NCBI RefSeq assembly: GCF_039654945.1
Contig: NW_027361687.1
Location: 34,906,001-34,970,000, forward strand
Length of the DNA: 64,000 nt
Direction of reading: 5' to 3'
Source of the DNA: Dendrobates tinctorius
Lineage: Eukaryota
Position numbers and translations under genes: made by a program. Of the stretch, positions 39,556 to 52,379 are shown piece after piece (within the stretch, counting starts at the first letter, position 1; the number at the start of each line of letters is the position of its first letter). The notes beneath the pieces are model-generated. The model made no database searches. It was not told the origin of the DNA and worked only from the letters and a program-made list of their open reading frames with translations.

Positions 39556-39640
39556 GTAAGACTGGCTGATACCAGGGAACAGCAGCCTGCGTTCTGGCCC
39601 TTTAAGTCCAGTATGGAGACCTGGTCTTTGTCTCCGGCAG

Positions 39641-39854
39641 ATATTTCACTACTCCAAAGGACAGGCGCACATAGACGACACGGGCATCTTTAAGGATCGC
39701 ATTGAGTGGGTGGGCTACCCCCGGAGCAAGGACGGCTCCATCGTGCTCCACAACCTGGAATATGGCGACAACGGGACCTTCACCTGCGACGTGAAGAACC
39801 CACCGGACGTGGTGGGGAAGTCGTCCTATGTGCACCTGCTGGTCTACGACAAAG
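39641..39854 (+). CDS. MPZ: MPZ exon 3 (Ig-V, second half)
   Basis: IFHYSKGQ...DGSIVLHNLEYGDNGTFTCDVKNPPDVVGKSS; 214 nt. Confidence 0.97.
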
Positions 39855-39930
39855 GTGAGGAGCCGGCCCTGCCCCCGAGGTACGGGCACAGGTGGGCACA
39901 CATGGCACTAACACTACCATCCTCCCCCAG

Positions 39931-40066
39931 GACCCGTCCGCGCTGGCATGGTGCTTGGCATCATTATTGGAGCCGCTCTGGGGCTGGTGATCATTGTGGC
40001 GCTCCTGGCATACCTCATACGTTACTGCTGGCTGCGGAGGCAGATCCGGGTGCAGCGCCAGCTCAG
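39931..40066 (+). CDS. MPZ: MPZ exon 4 (transmembrane)
   Basis: PVRAGMVLGIIIGAALGLVIIVALLAYLIRYCWLRRQ; 136 nt. Confidence 0.96.
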
Positions 40067-40146
40067 GTAGGTGCAGGCGGGCACCAGGGCCAGGTGTCAC
40101 CTCTCTTCATCTCCCCTCACTGACGACTGCCATGTTTTCTTTACAG

Positions 40147-40204
40147 TGCCCTGGAAAGAGGAAAACTTCACAAGTTAACCAGAGGCTCAAAAGGCAGCAG
40201 ACAG
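40147..40204 (+). CDS. MPZ: MPZ exon 5
   Basis: ALERGKLHKLTRGSKGSRQ; 58 nt. Confidence 0.93.
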
Positions 40205-40249
40205 GTGAGTGGGAGGCCAGCGGTGCCCCAGTGACTGGCGAGATGCCCC

Positions 40250-41195
40250 GTATACTCCAGTCACATCCAAAGCTGCAAGTACTGTATGCTAGACACAGCC
40301 ATATACATGTCATATCTCCTACTCTAGTCACACCCAGAGCTGCAGCACATCCATATACACGTCATATGTTATACTCCAGTTACATCCAGAGCTGCAAGTA
40401 CTGTATGCTACATGCATCCATATACATGTCATATCTTCTACTCCAGTCACAACCAGAGCTGCGTTATAGCTTATACTCCAGTCACACACAGAGCTGCACA
40501 GCCTGTATCTAATACTTCACTCACATCCAGAGCTGCATTATATCTAACACTCCATTTACAGCCAGAGCTGCGTTATATTTAATACTCCAGTCAAATCAAG
40601 AGCTGCACTATATCAAATACTCCAGTCACACCCAGAACTGCCTTATATCTAATTATCTAATACTCCAGTCACATCTAGAGCTGTATAATATCTAATACTC
40701 CAATCTCAGCCAGAGCTGCATTGTCTTAGGCTATGTGCACACGTTGCGGATTCTGCTGCTTTTCCACAGCGTTTTTGGCCCTGCGGAAACGCAGCAGTTC
40801 CGCAGACATGGTACAGTACCATGTTAGCCTATGGCATTTCAAATCTGCTGTGCTCACGCCGCATTTTTTTCCGCGCGGTTTTGCTGCAGTTTATAAACCG
40901 CAGCATGTCAATTGTTTGTGCGGACTCCACAGCGGTTTCACACCTTTAACATAGTAGAGGTGTGAAACCGCAGGGGAAAACCACTTTACCTGCGGTTTTA
41001 CCTGCGGATCCGCGCGGAAAAACCCGCAGGTGAATCCGCAGCGTGTGCACATAGCCTTTTACTCCAGTGATACGCAGAGCTGCAGCCTTTCTTATACTCC
41101 AGTCACACAGAGAGCTGTGTTCTATCTTAATACTCCAGTCACACCCAGAGTTTCATAATATCTAATCCTCCAGTTACACCTAGAGCTGCATTTTG
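40250..41195. repeat. Degenerate tandem repeat of the TACTCCAGTCACATCCAGAGCTGCA motif
   Basis: Motif recurs at about 36-70 bp spacing and is interrupted by a MITE; an inverted single copy lies near 49200-49232. Confidence 0.75.
40729..41056. mobile_element. PIF/Harbinger-type MITE
   Basis: TIRs GGCTATGTGCACACG...CGTGTGCACATAGCC; flanks TTA and TTT; internal CCGCA/TGCGG motifs. Confidence 0.8.
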
Positions 41196-41296
41196 TCTTA
41201 TACCCTAGTTTGCAGTGTATTACAGACAGTAAACCAGCAGGTGGCAGTAGAGAGCTGTGAGTTCCTGCACACTGATGCCTAAATTATTATTATTTA

Positions 41297-44200
41297 CTAG
41301 CTGAAGAACCCATAACTACGGTTAGTTATAACAAATTATAATGATTATATCTATATATAAAGCTGTGTAGAGCCCCACCCACTCCACATAGCCACATTCA
41401 CTATAATATCCCACATCATCCCGTCAGCCAGAGCCACCGGACTACTACCCCTAGTATCCTACATCATCCCGTCAGCCAGAGCCACCGGACAACTACCACT
41501 TATATCCCACATCATTCCGTCAGCCTGAGCCACCAGACTACTACTCCTAATATCCCACATAATCCCATCAGCCAGAGCCACCGGATTACTACCCCTAATA
41601 TCCCACATCATCCCGTCAGCCAGAGCTACCGGACTACTACCACTAATATCCCACATCATCCCATCAGCCAGAGCCACCGGACTACTACTCCTAATATCCC
41701 ACATAATCCCATCAGCCAGAGCCACCGGATTACTACTCCTAATATCCCACATCATCCCGTCAGCCAGAGCCACCGGACTACTACCACTTATATCCCACAT
41801 CATTCCGTCAGCCTGAGCCACCAGACTACTACTCCTAATATCCCACATAATCCCATCAGCCAGAGCCACCGGATTACTACCCCTAATATCCTACATCATC
41901 CCGTCAGCCAGAGCTACCGGACTACTACCACTAATATCCCACATCATCCCATCAGCCAGAGCCACCGGACTACTACTCCTAATATCCCACATAATCCCAT
42001 CAGCCAGAGCCACCGGATTACTACTCCTAATATCCCACATCATCCCGTCAGCCAGAGCCACCGGACTACTACCACTAATATCCCACATCATCCCATCAGC
42101 CAGAGCCACCGGACTACTACTCCTAATATCCCACATAATCCCATCAGCCAGAGCCACCGGATTACTACTCCTAATATCCCACATCATCCCGTCAGCCAGA
42201 GCCACCGGACTACTACCACTAATATCCCACATCATCCCATCAGCCAGAGCCACCGGACTACTACTCCTAATATCCCACATAATCCCATCAGCCAGAGCCA
42301 CCGGATTACTACTCCTAATATCCCACATCATCCCATCAGCCAGAGCCACCGGATTACTACCCCTAATAGCCCACATCACCCCGTCAGCCAGAGCCACCGG
42401 ACAACTACCACTAATATCCCACATCATCCCGTCAGCCAGAGCCACCGGACTACTACCCCTAATATCCCACATCATCCCGGGAGCCAGAGCCACCGGACTA
42501 CTACCACTAATATCCCACATCATCCCATCAGCCAGAGCCACCGGACTACTACTCCTAATATCCCACATCATCCCATCAGCCAGAGCCACCGGACTACTAC
42601 CCCTAATATCCCACATCATCCCATCAGCCAGAGCCACCGGACTACTACTCCTAATATCCCACATCATCCCGTCAGCCAGAGCCACCGGACTAGTACCCCT
42701 AATATCCCACATCATCCCATCAGCCAGAGCCACCGGACTACTACCCCTAATATCCCACATCATCCCATCAGCCAGAGCAACCGGATTACTACTCCTAATA
42801 TCCCACATCATCCCATCAGCCAGAGCCACCGGACTACTACGCCTAATATCCCACATCATCCCATCAGCCAGAGCCACCGGACTACTACCTCTAATATCCC
42901 ACATCACCCCGTCAGCCAGAGCCACCGGACAACTACCACTAATATCCCACATCATCCCGTCAGCCAGAGCTACCGGACTACTACCACTAATATCCCACAT
43001 CATCCCATCACAGCCACCGGACTACTACTCCTAATATCCCACATAATCCCATCAGCCAGAGCCACCGGACTACTACCCCTAATATCCCACATCATCCCAT
43101 CAGCCAGAGCCACTGGACTACTACCCCTAATATCCCACATCATCCCGTCAGCCAGAGCCACCGGAATACTACCCCTAATATCCCACATCATCCTGTCAGC
43201 CAGAGCCACCGGACTACTACTCCTAATATCCCACATCATCCCAACAGCCAGAGCCACCGGACTACTACCCCTAATATCCCACATCATCCAGTCAGCCAGA
43301 GCCACCGGACTACTACTCCTAATATCCCACATCATTCCATCAGCCAGAGCCACCGGACTACTACTCCTAATATCCCACATCATCCCAACAGCCAGAGCCA
43401 CCGGACTACTACCCCTAATATCCCACATAATCCCGTCAGCCAGAACCACTGCACTACTACTCCTAATATCCCATCAGCCAGAGCCACCGGACTACTACCC
43501 CTAATATCCCACATCATCCCGTCAGCCAGAGCCACCGGACTACTACCCCTAATATCCCACATCATCCCGTCAGCCAGAGCTACCGGACTACTACCCCTAA
43601 TATCCCACATCATCCCGTCAGCCAGAGCTACCGGACTACTACCCCTAATATACCACATCATCCCGTCAGCCAGAGCCACCGGACTACTACCCCTAATATC
43701 CCACATCATCCCGTCAGCCAGAGCCACCGGACTACTACTCCTAATATCCCACATCATCCCGTCAGCCAGAGCCACCGGACAACTACCACTAATATCCCAC
43801 ATCATCCTGTCAGCCAGAGCCACCGGACTACTACCACTAATATCCCACATCATCCCATCAGCCAGAGCCACCGGACTACTTCCCCTAATATCCCACATCA
43901 TCCCATCAGCCAGAGCCACCGGATTACTACCCCTAATATCCCACATCATCCCGTCAGCCAGAGCCAACGGATTACTACTCCTAATATCCCACATCATCCC
44001 ATCAGCCAGAGCCACCGGACTACTACCTCTAATATACCACATCACCCCGTCAGCCAGAGCCACCGGATTACTACCCCTAATATCCCACATCATCCCGTCA
44101 GCCAGAGCCACCGGACAACTACCCCTAATATCCCACATCATCCCGTCAGCCAGAGCCACCGGACTACTACCCCTAATATCCCACATCATCCTGTCAGCCA

Positions 44201-46866
44201 GAGCCACCGGACTACTACCCCTAATATCCCACATCATCCCAACAGCCAGAGCCACCGGACTACTACCCCTAATATCCCACATCATCCCGTCAGCCAGAGC
44301 CACCGGACTACTACTCCTAATATCCCACATCATTCCATCAGCCAGAGCCACTGGACTACTACTCCTAATATCCCACATCATCCCAACAGCCAGAGCCACC
44401 GGACTACTACCCCTAATATCCCACATCATCCCAACAGCCAGAGCCACTGGACTACTACCCCTAATATCCCACATCATCCTGTCAGCCAGAGCCACCGGAC
44501 TACTACTCCTAATATCCCACATCATCCCAACAGCCAGAGCCACCGGACTACTACCCCTAATATCCCACATCATCCCGTCAGCCAGAGCCACCGGACTACT
44601 ACTCCTAATATCCCACATCATTCCATCAGCCAGAGCCACCGGACTACTACTCCTAATATCCCACATCATCCCAACAGCCAGAGCCACCGGACTACTACCC
44701 CTAATATCCCACATAATCCCGTCAGCCAGAACCACTGCACTACTACTCCTAATATCCCATCAGCCAGAGCCTCCGGACTACTACCCCTAATATCCCACAT
44801 CATCCCGTCAGCCAGAGCCACCGGACTACTACCCCTAATATCCCACATCATCCCGTCAGCCAGAGCTACCGGACTACTACCCCTAATATCCCACATCATC
44901 CCGTCAGCCAGAGCTACCGGACTGCTACCCCTAATATCCCACATCATCCCGTCAGCCAGAGCCACCGGACTACTACCCCTAATATCCCACATCATCCCGT
45001 CAGCCAGAGCCACCGGACTACTACTCCTAATATCCCACATCATCCCGTCAGCCAGAGCCACCGGACTACTTCCCCTAATATCCCACATCATCCCATCAGC
45101 CAGAGCCACCGGATTACTACTCCTAATATCCCACATCATCCCGTCAGCCAGAGCCACCGGACTACTACCCCTAATATCCCACATCATCCCATCAGCCAGA
45201 GCCACCGGACTACTACCTCTAATATACCACATCACCCCGTCAGCCAGAGCCACCGGACAACTACCCCTAATATCCCACATCATCCCATCAGCCAGAGCCA
45301 CCGGATTACTACCCCTAATATCCCACATCATCCCATCAGCCAGAGCCACCGGATTACTACCTCTAATATACCACATCATCCCGTCAGCCAGAGCCACCGG
45401 ACTACTACCCCTAATATCCCACATCATCCCGTCAGCCAGAGCCACCGGACTACTACCCCTAATATCCCACATCATCCCGTCAGCCAGAGCTACCGGACTA
45501 CTACCCCTAATATCCCACATTATCCCGTCAGCCAGAGCTACCGGACTACTACCCCTAATATCCCACATCATCCCGTCAGCCAACGGATTACTACTCCTAA
45601 TATCCCACATCATCCCATCAGCCAGAGCCACCGGACTACTACCTCTAATATACCACATCACCCCGTCAGCCAGAGCCACCGGACTACTACCCCTAATATC
45701 CCACATCATCCCGTCAGCCAGAGCCAACGGATTACTACTCCTAATATCCCACATCATCCCATCAGCCAGAGCCACCGGACTACTACCTCTAATATACCAC
45801 ATCACCCCGTCAGCCAGAGCCACCGGACTACTACCTCTAATATCCCACATCACCCCGTCAGCCAGAGCCACCGGACAACTACCACTAATATCCCACATCA
45901 TCCTGTCAGCCAGAGCCACCGGACTACTACCACTAATATCCCACATCATCCCGTCAGCCAGAGCCACCGGACAACTACCCCTAATATCCCACATCATCCC
46001 ATCAGCCAGAGCCACCGGATTACTACCTCTAATATCCCACATCATCCCGTCAGCCAGAGCCACCGGACAACTACCCCTAATATCCCACATCATCCCGTCA
46101 GAGCCAGTAAAAGTAGAATAGTGAAATTGCACAGAAACATGGTTCACTAAGATCCCAGGTTTTCTACTGATCAGGCTGATATTCTCACTTATCTGCCACC
46201 ATAAATATCACAGTCATGCTTTTCGCCAATGGACAGGCAGAAACCTTATACATTAGTACAGTAGAGAAACCTGCACACACATTTTCATGCACCGTCAACT
46301 TGTCATTTGTCCGGCTGAGTTGCTCATGGATGTACAGCATCTGTATGCAGTATAGTATCATATTTAATGGGTTGTTATGGGAAAAGCATTACGTGTTATA
46401 TGGGTATATTCAGGTGAATTATGGGGAAAGTAGCACTTTAAAAAAAGTCACAGCATCAGAGCACAGTAACACATCAATAATGCATAAAAGTGTCTGTGAG
46501 AAAATATTAAATCCACATGACATTTAATATGTGCACTTTCCTACATTCATGTTTGTCACTTAATGATACCACATGGGAGGGGGGATTCATTTATGTCATG
46601 TACTCACTGCTCCTTTCTGGGGGACAGACGATGGCTGGATCTTATGTTCCTGGGGATGCTAGATTTCTCCCACCATGTCAGTGTCTACTGAGGTGTTGTC
46701 AAGTGGGAAAACTTGCGCATAGCAACCAATCACAGCTCAGCTACTTTTAACCAGCTCTGGTGAAATGAGAGATGCTTAGTCATTGGCTGCAAGGAAAACT
46801 GTTGGTCATAGCAACCAATCACAGCTTAGCTACACACACACACACATTGATTTTTATATGTAGAGA
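41297..46866 (-). mobile_element. Non-autonomous Helitron carrying a long minisatellite, inserted in an L2 3' tail
   Basis: On minus, A|TC at 46866 and CTAG|T at 41297, with no TSD. Removing it restores ATTATTATTATTTA-TATAGCACCATT, an L2-like tail. Confidence 0.72.
41405..46105. repeat. 48-bp minisatellite
   Basis: Unit CTAATATCCCACATCATCCCGTCAGCCAGAGCCACCGGACTACTACCC, close to 100 copies. Confidence 0.97.
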
Positions 46867-47344
46867 TATAGCACCATTGGTTCCATGGTGCTGTACATGA
46901 GAAGAGGTTACATAAAAATTACAGTTATCACTTACAGTAAACAAACTAACAATGACAGACTGATACAGAGGAGAGAGGACCCTGCCCTTTCGGGCTTACA
47001 TGCTACAGGATGGTGGGGAAGGAGACAGTAGGTTGGTGGGTTGCAGCAGTTCCGGTGTTGGTTGAGGTGATATCACCGGTAGTGGTGAGGAGGTAGTGGG
47101 GATCATTGCAGGCTGTAGGCTTTCTTGAAGAGGTGGGTTTTCAGGTTCCGTCTGAAGGAGCCGAGTGTGGTTGATAGCCTGACGTGTTGGGGCAAAGAAT
47201 TCCAGAGAATAGGGGCTATTCGGGAGAAGTCTTGGAGGCGGTTGGGTGAGGAGCGAATAAGTGTGGAGGAGAGAAGGAGGTCTTGGGAGGACCGGAGATT
47301 ACGTGAGGGAGATTAGTTCAGAGATATATGGGGGAGACAGGTAA

Positions 47345-47647
47345 GGGTATGTGCACATGCTGCGGAATGATCTGCGGATTTAGCACAATCTGCAGGTAAA
47401 TCAGCAGGTCAAAAGACCTGCGGTTTATCTGCGGATTAGCCTGCGGTTTTACACCTCCGCAGTGGAGGAGATGGTAAACCGCAGCGGAATCCGCAGAAAG
47501 AATTGACATGTCATTTCTTTCTGCGGATTTGAAACCGCAGCAAAACTGCACGGAAAATTCCGTACAGTGTGCACTGCGGATTTCATTTTCCATAGGCTAA
47601 AAGGGTACTGTACATCGCAGCAGAATCCGCAGCATGTGCACACAGCC
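47345..47647. mobile_element. PIF/Harbinger-type MITE, related to 40729-41056
   Basis: GGGTATGTGCACATGCTGCGGA...TCCGCAGCATGTGCACACAGCC, flanked by TAA and TTA. Confidence 0.8.
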
Positions 47648-47786
47648 TTATAGATGGCCTTGTAGGTCAGTATTAGTAATTTGAATTGGATATGCTGAGG
47701 GAATGGGAGCCAGTGAAGAGATTTGCAGAGGGGAGAAGCGGAGGAGTAGCGAGGAGAGAGATGAATTAGTCGGGCAGCAAAGTTAA

Positions 47787-48944
47787 AGGGGTTGTCCGGG
47801 CTTTTCACATAATCTCAGTGCATATCTGGGCTGCAGAATGCTGACAATAAGTAATTTACCTTCTGTGGCCAGTTTGCAGTAGTGATGGGTAGTTTGTGAG
47901 TGAGTAGTTCATCTAGTTCACCATCCTGACAGAGATTAGTTCATTGAACTAAACAGCAAGTGGGAGGAGACAGAGAGTGATCCCTCCTCCAGCTCCAGCA
48001 CGCGCCCTGCTCTGTCTCACACTTGCTCTTTATAGCTCCTGATGCTGGAAAAGAAGGTAGTAAAACACTATACCACACATCAAATACAAATATAATAGTA
48101 ATAATATTAATAAAACTGAAATTGCACAGTAGACAGACACAGCTCATATGTGTATGAGAGAGTGAGTGTTTCTGTGTGTGGTTCATGCCCCTCACCTGTC
48201 TTTATGATAAGATCAGCCTCCTGTAGCCTAGAAGATCAGTCTTGCTAATGTTATATAATGATCAGATGTACTGTATTAACTATTTCTGATCATTTTAACA
48301 AAACTATAACTCATCCTAGGAGCCACAGCTTCTGTGTAACGAACTAGAACTGATCAATCTCTTCTCAGCAGAATCCAGAGAAATACTGAACTAAATGAAC
48401 TAATCTTTTCAGTGAACTAGTTCATGGTGAACTAATCACCAAAATGAACTAGATTTCCCATCACTAGTTTGCAGGGTTTGCTAGATATCAGCTCTTGCTT
48501 GTAAGAAAAACGTCCAGGGGGTGGGTGTTCTGGCATTGAAATGAGAACTGGTCGTTTCCTCCTACTCTACTAAAAACATGCCCTCTATAGCAACAACCCC
48601 ACCCTCCATAGCAACAGGCCCTCCCCGACCACATGAAGAAGCCCTCATCACACAGTAACAAATCCTCCCCCTCTAGCAGCCTCAGTGCAGAGAGCAGAAC
48701 CACCCAGCTGCTTCTCCCCCAGACACACGCTGAACAGTTATCTATGGAAAGTGAAACTAGTGAGGAGGAAACAACCAGTTCTCATTTCAATGCCAGAACA
48801 CACCCCCCCTGGATGTTTTTCTTACAAGCAAGAGATGATATCTTGGAAACCGTGCAAACTGGCCACAGAAGGTAAATTACTTATTGTCAGCATTCTGCAG
48901 CCCAAATATGCACTGAGATTAAGTGAAAAGCCCGGACAACCCCT
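47787..48944. mobile_element. T2/Kolobok-type MITE with long inverted arms
   Basis: TTAA|AGGGGTTGTCCGGGCTTTT...AAAAGCCCGGACAACCCCT|TTAA; arms extend about 170 bp once the nested hAT element is removed. Confidence 0.88.
47880..48466. mobile_element. hAT-type MITE nested in the T2 MITE
   Basis: TIR TAGTGATGGG...CCCATCACTA with an exact 8-bp TSD GTTTGCAG (47872-47879 and 48467-48474). Confidence 0.9.
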
Positions 48945-49270
48945 TTAAGTCAGACAGAAGAGAGGTGCGAAGGTGTTAGAAGGTAGGCCACAGAGGAGGA
49001 TGTTGCAGTAGTCGAGGCGGGAGATGATGAGGGCATGCACAAGCATTTTCGTAGATTGAGGGTTGAGGAAAGGACGGATTCTGGAAATATTTTTGAGCTG
49101 GAGGCAGCAGGAGGTGGAAAGAGCTTGGATGTGCGGTTTGAAGGACAGAGTCAAGGGTTACTCTGAGGCAGCGGACTTCCGGTATGGGGGAAAGCGTATG
49201 TGAGTGCAGCTTTGGATGTGACTGGAGTACAAGGAACTATTTAACCCTCTTTTTTTCATTGCTTTTACAG

Positions 49271-49360
49271 ACGCCGCTCCTCTCCATGCTCGACCAAACC
49301 AGGAGCTTCAAATCCAGCGACAAGAAACCTAAAGGGCTGGGCGACTCCCGCAAGAAATAG
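49271..49360 (+). CDS. MPZ: MPZ exon 6 (last), to the canonical TAG
   Basis: TPLLSMLDQTRSFKSSDKKPKGLGDSRKK*. The six exons total 723 nt (240 aa). Confidence 0.93.
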   Translation, partial: TPLLSMLDQTRSFKSSDKKPKGLGDSRKK

Positions 49361-49564
49361 CAATTAGCAGGCAGGGAAGGTACACATAAGGCAGATACGG
49401 AGTCCCCTCGCAGCTCCAAGGTGATCTATACCATCGAAATGGAGCTGCGGGGGGATGAGGACGGGGACCAGCCCCGCCGAGTCGCGGTAAAGTCTCCCAG
49501 TAAGAACAGCCTCAAAAACGCCCTCAAGAATTTAATTAAAAGTGACTCAGAGAAACACCCTTAA
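49361..49564 (+). CDS. MPZ: L-MPZ stop-codon readthrough extension (67 codons)
   Basis: TAG CAA TTA, then QLAGREGTHKADTESPRSSKVIYTIEMELRGDEDGDQPRRVAVKSPSKNSLKNALKNLIKSDSEKHP*. Shares IEMELR, AVKSPS and SLKNALKN with recalled mammalian L-MPZ. Confidence 0.88.
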   Translation, partial: QLAGREGTHKADTESPRSSKVIYTIEMELRGDEDGDQPRRVAVKSPSKNSLKNALKNLIKSDSEKHP

Positions 49565-50404
49565 TCTAGCGGAGGCCGGCGGAGACCCGAACGAGAAGGC
49601 GTATCCCGGGGTCATACCCAAAAATCCTTCCCCGGGTCCTCGCCGGCCTCCTGCCACGGCTAATGCCTTATAATAACCTGTATGTGTGATCCGTATCGTA
49701 CCTTTCCCTGCGGGAAACTAGCAAGAACTTTCTGAGAAACCAAGAATCAAAGTAGGACTCCTCCGAACCAGCGGGGCCACCGTCTATCACCTAAGGGGTG
49801 GCTGCAATGCGATGCAATGCAATCTCTACCCTACCAGGTCACCCTGAAGGATGGGCCAGCCATAAAAATTGTGGTAACTACCCAGATCTGGGATTTTTGG
49901 CTCCTAATGGGAGGTGCCTGAGATCTCGGCCAACCAGGTAACACTTTATGATGATGCCTGATCTGACCGCAATCTCCAGCCACCTGCTGTAGCCTTGTGG
50001 CTCATGTACAAGTATCGCCCTCTCTGCCTCTCTCCAGGGCAATATTTCTACAGCTTTAGCCCCTTCGTGGCCAATCAGGGGTTGTTAAAGCTTTAATGGC
50101 TTCTGTTAACCTCTTAAGTGCTGCACAGGCCAACTGCAGCATCCACAGGGGTCAATAGAAGGTGTTATTAACCGGTACCGTAAATCCCAGAAAAAAGGCC
50201 CTAATGTGTTTAAAGTGATCATAGGGTAATAACACCGCATGCACTAAATTACTTACTGTAAGTCTCCAAATGTAAGAGCAGCATCACTTCTCAACCCCCA
50301 GAAAGCGCCAGTACTTACCATACAGTATAAATTAGAGTAGAAAACCCAGCATGAGACCCTAACTCCAAGACTTTCTTTTAGGCCAGGACACCTAGATCTA
50401 ACTT

Positions 50405-50795
50405 TATATCCTGTAAGTCCTAGAATATAAGGCTTTCCCTGATACCGTAAATAACAGAATATATTGCTAGAATCACTAGAATCACTCTGGCAGTCTCTGA
50501 TTGGGTGGTCAAATACAGCCCCACCCTCTTACTGTAAATACTAGAATATAGGGGCAATATGGTTCATCACACTCCAGTGGATATCTGTTACCATAAGTAC
50601 TAGAATAAGGGACAACTATACTTTATTACGCCCGTGTAATACTTGTACCGTAAATATTAGAATATAGGGCCACTATGCTTTATTATACTCCATTGTAATA
50701 GTTATACCGTAAATATCAGACTATAAGCCCGGCATGTTTTTCTTTACACCCCAGTGTAATACCTCTACCATAATTATCAGACTATCTGCCCAGCG
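50405..50795. repeat. Degenerate ~60-bp tandem repeat in the MPZ 3' UTR
   Basis: C(C/T)GTAAATAxTAGAATATAGGGC-like motif at about 50411, 50532, 50591, 50648, 50707 and 50768. Confidence 0.55.
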
Positions 50796-51293
50796 TTGCT
50801 CATTAGCCCCTCTATCCCGATTCCTCCGGCCTTCTTGAGTTCCCTGCAGGTCTCCGCGTAGCGTCACTATCAGGATATTCTCGTCTCGTCTTCCATCGTT
50901 CATGGTGCTGTGCTGGAAACTGATCCAGAATGACGTTTCCTGTTTCCATATTTTGGTGAAATCATCGTTTCTATGTTCGGCCCCTCATGACTGAGAATTA
51001 ACCGGATTTACATTGTTATTTTTTACGACTTTTTTTCTGAATTTTCTGCATTGCTGATGTGTAATGATAGAAGCCTATTCACAGCGGACAGACCAGACTT
51101 GATGATGACCGAGGTCACTGGGGTCTCCGGCAGCAGCAAAGCATCCTGGGACTTCCAATATGGCTGCACTGCAAACACTGTGGTGTCGCCAACAATGCTC
51201 CCCAATCCAGACCATCCATAGCCATGTCCGATGTATGTGTATATGTTTGTAAATATGTGACCCCCTGTACAAACCATCGACATCAGGACCATT

Positions 51294-51299
51294 AATAAA
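51294..51299 (+). terminator. MPZ: MPZ polyadenylation signal
   Basis: AATAAA about 1.9 kb after the stop, just before the convergent PCP4L1 signal. Confidence 0.6.
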
Positions 51300-51454
51300 C
51301 TTACACTCCGAAAATCAGCTTGTCTCCTCGCTTCATTACTATCCTGCAGGTCATCGCTCCACTGATTTACCCTGCAGAGTGATACACCACTACAGGATAT
51401 TGCTCTTTTAGCTTAGTTTAAAAAAACGAACAGAACTTTTTACTTTTAAATAGT

Positions 51455-51460
51455 TTTATT
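51455..51460 (-). terminator. PCP4L1: PCP4L1 polyadenylation signal
   Basis: Minus-strand AATAAA about 750 nt after the stop. Confidence 0.6.
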
Positions 51461-52211
51461 AATTAAACATGCTAAAAGATTCCAAAAATGTGAGAGCCCA
51501 CAGTTGGGTCTGGAGGTGTGAGAGGGGGCCGAGAATGGGGACATTATTGGGTGAACTCTTGCTCAATGATGGGAAATATACTGCAGGTGTATTCTGAAGA
51601 ACGGCCACCAGATGGCAACCGAGTCCTGTCAATAAATCTAGTGATGGGCACCCAATAGTGACCGGACAGTCAGAGCCAGAGTGGCTGCTGTGCCTTCCTG
51701 CAGCACTGAGGGTCTCCGCAAATCAGGATAAGAACTGGGCGCCATACGGGAAGGACAACCCCCATTCCTAGGGCCTGAAAATGGCAACTACATTAATAAA
51801 TATGATGCATATTTTTGAGTGTTTATCTGATTATTGGTCTGGTCCAAGGTGATTTCAGATGACAAGTGCAGTTTAAGATATGGGGAACATGCCTAGATAT
51901 AAGGGGAGGACCCCAGAACACATGCCTCAATACAAGAACAGAGCTGCCAGAAAGTCCCCTTCTTCTTACATTGTGCAAAAGTCTCTTGTCTATTGGACCG
52001 ACTATACCGAGGAGTGTATGTACACGGCGGCCACCAGATGGTCCGTCCGAGGGTTGCAGTGGCCACCGTCGTAAGCATTCATAATAAATTAAGGGTGGGA
52101 AAAAGGTGGGTGGGTGTTGGGGGGCTGTAGATATGATGCCCCACTTTTTGTCTGGCATGTCCATTATAGAAGGAAGTGTAGAATCAAAACAAGAGGACGG
52201 CGGTGATGTAA

Positions 52212-52364
<153 letters not shown>

Positions 52365-52379
52365 TCAGATAAAAAAAAT

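Larger units (their letters stand above)
46867..49195 (-). mobile_element. L2 LINE 3' fragment split by nested MITEs
   Basis: Minus-strand LKNISRIRPFL...LVHALIISRLDYCN (48949-49154) and AARLIHLS...SLHWLP...IQFKLL (47650-47782), followed by the 3' UTR. Confidence 0.85.

Noticed and set aside
41459-46147. ORFs of repeated MMWDIRGSSPVALADG
   Set aside because: Translation of a 48-bp unit (a multiple of 3) within MPZ intron 5; frames are broken by indels and there are no gene signals.
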